Source: a virus (taxonomy: Duplodnaviria > Caudoviricetes). Taken from it: DNA of 64,000 nucleotides. This document shows, piece after piece, positions 62,788 to 64,000 of this stretch (position 1 is its first letter; every line of letters starts with the position of its first letter). The notes under the pieces are model-generated. The model worked only from the letters and a program-made list of their open reading frames with translations, did not search any database and had not been told where the DNA came from. A program made the position numbers and the translations under genes. Location: positions 1 to 64,000 of IMG/VR virus record IMGVR_UViG_3300021255_000050; one strand, given 5' to 3'.

Positions 62788-64000
62788 TTAGTTAGTGTTT
62801 GGGTAATTTGGATTGGCGATTATAGTCTTGATTAAATCGACAATCTCCATATCGTGTGTATACAAATTCCACTTGCCATCTATGTAAACTACACCTTGTG
62901 CAGAAACGTAGCCATGACTGCTACTATCATAGATTGCCTTATTTTTGCTCTCGTTCGTAGGATAAGCTCCGATGCCAAGTGCAGACGTGTGATTGGTAGG
63001 GTCATATTCCATACGCATAAAAACATTTGCTGATGTAACTTTGTATGTTGTTGAAGTTGATGTTACCCGGTCCCAAGCTGTGAGCTGAATGATGTACGCA
63101 GAGCTATTATCAACTACAACATCCTGTGGATCGTTAAAGTCTCCATACTGTAACATATAATAGTTAGCAGCACTAATAGCACCTGTATGATTCTCGTCAC
63201 ATCCATATACTGTTGGTGACCATTCAGCGATATCTTCTCTTCTATAATGCACCATGCATAGGACAGCATTTAGTTCGTTTCCATTGGCATCTTTAATAGA
63301 TGAAGCTTGTGTCAGCGTTACGTTAAAGCCGATTCTGTTTCCAGAAGCTACGGCAATATTGGGAGCACCTTCAGCACATCTGTATGCCATGAAATAAGCC
63401 TGCGGTTTTGTATAGGCAATGAACGTATGTTGGTCTTCTGCTGCCATGCCATACTGAACTGCAACATTTCTTGAATCGTACACAGTTATAACAAGACTCT
63501 TTACACCAGCTGTCAGGAATGTTATTTCCTCATCGACTGTGCTGGATGTACCAGTAAGATAAGTATCGGGGCCACTAATTACCCACGACACTATATCTGC
63601 ATACTCGGATGAAAGAGTAGCTCGTACATGGATACATGTATGATTTGTCAGGTAATAATCAACGCCGCTATCTGTGAACACGTTCTCTATAGAATACCAT
63701 TTATTGTAACCACTGATAGGGCTGACAGTTGCGCCTGTATCGGTGCTATAACAATTAAGAGTAAAGCTTGCTGTGGCACTGCATTCCTTTGTACTGTTTT
63801 TATATGCATCACACGTAACAGTAACGACAACAGAGTTGGCAGTTTTATTCGCTTTGGCAACGCTCTTAAGCCATGCTGGATTATCAATCTGAAAGGTATA
63901 AGACTCGCCGGTCAGGCCGCTTAGATTCTGTGCATATGGTTCAACGCCTTGTGCAGACCATGTCACGACATATGTATATGAACTCAGGCTTCCTGTCAGT
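62788..64000 (-). CDS. Probable tail/minor structural protein (5' part outside the window)
   Basis: S/T-rich beta-type sequence, V.DSR and AYRC motifs, upstream of tail-associated small genes. Confidence 0.55.
   Translation of the reverse strand, partial: LTGSLSSYTYVVTWSAQGVEPYAQNLSGLTGESYTFQIDNPAWLKSVAKANKTANSVVVTVTCDAYKNSTKECSATASFTLNCYSTDTGATVSPISGYNKWYSIENVFTDSGVDYYLTNHTCIHVRATLSSEYADIVSWVISGPDTYLTGTSSTVDEEITFLTAGVKSLVITVYDSRNVAVQYGMAAEDQHTFIAYTKPQAYFMAYRCAEGAPNIAVASGNRIGFNVTLTQASSIKDANGNELNAVLCMVHYRREDIAEWSPTVYGCDENHTGAISAANYYMLQYGDFNDPQDVVVDNSSAYIIQLTAWDRVTSTSTTYKVTSANVFMRMEYDPTNHTSALGIGAYPTNESKNKAIYDSSSHGYVSAQGVVYIDGKWNLYTHDMEIVDLIKTIIANPNYPNTN

Overview
This window is about 64 kb of a large temperate phage genome; a Bacillota/Clostridia-type host is inferred from GGAGG ribosome-binding sites and from YonO-like RNAP, RemA, XkdX and SpoIID homologues. 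The + strand (1-55 kb) holds a DnaA-box cluster, many small accessory genes, a replication module (Sak3, SSB, primase-helicase, PD-(D/E)XK nuclease, DnaE), nucleotide metabolism genes (ThyX, dUTPase, NrdDG), a single-subunit YonO-like RNA polymerase, tRNAs and atypical tRNA-like RNAs, and a tyrosine integrase beside an attP matching the 3' half of tRNA-Val(GAC). The - strand (55.3-64 kb) holds lysis and tail genes with a complete diversity-generating retroelement (DGR: target VR, hairpin, Avd, TR, RT). Three ORF-less group I introns split the catalytic motifs of the RNAP, DnaE and NrdD. The most striking feature is a tightly packed operon of Ubl-like, E2-like, JAB, E1/ThiF and retron-type reverse transcriptase genes (6.3-10.45 kb). 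It is followed by three tandem ~170-nt non-coding units that differ in sequence but share a structure, each with retron msr-msd hallmarks. All assignments are by eye from motifs; no database searches were run.
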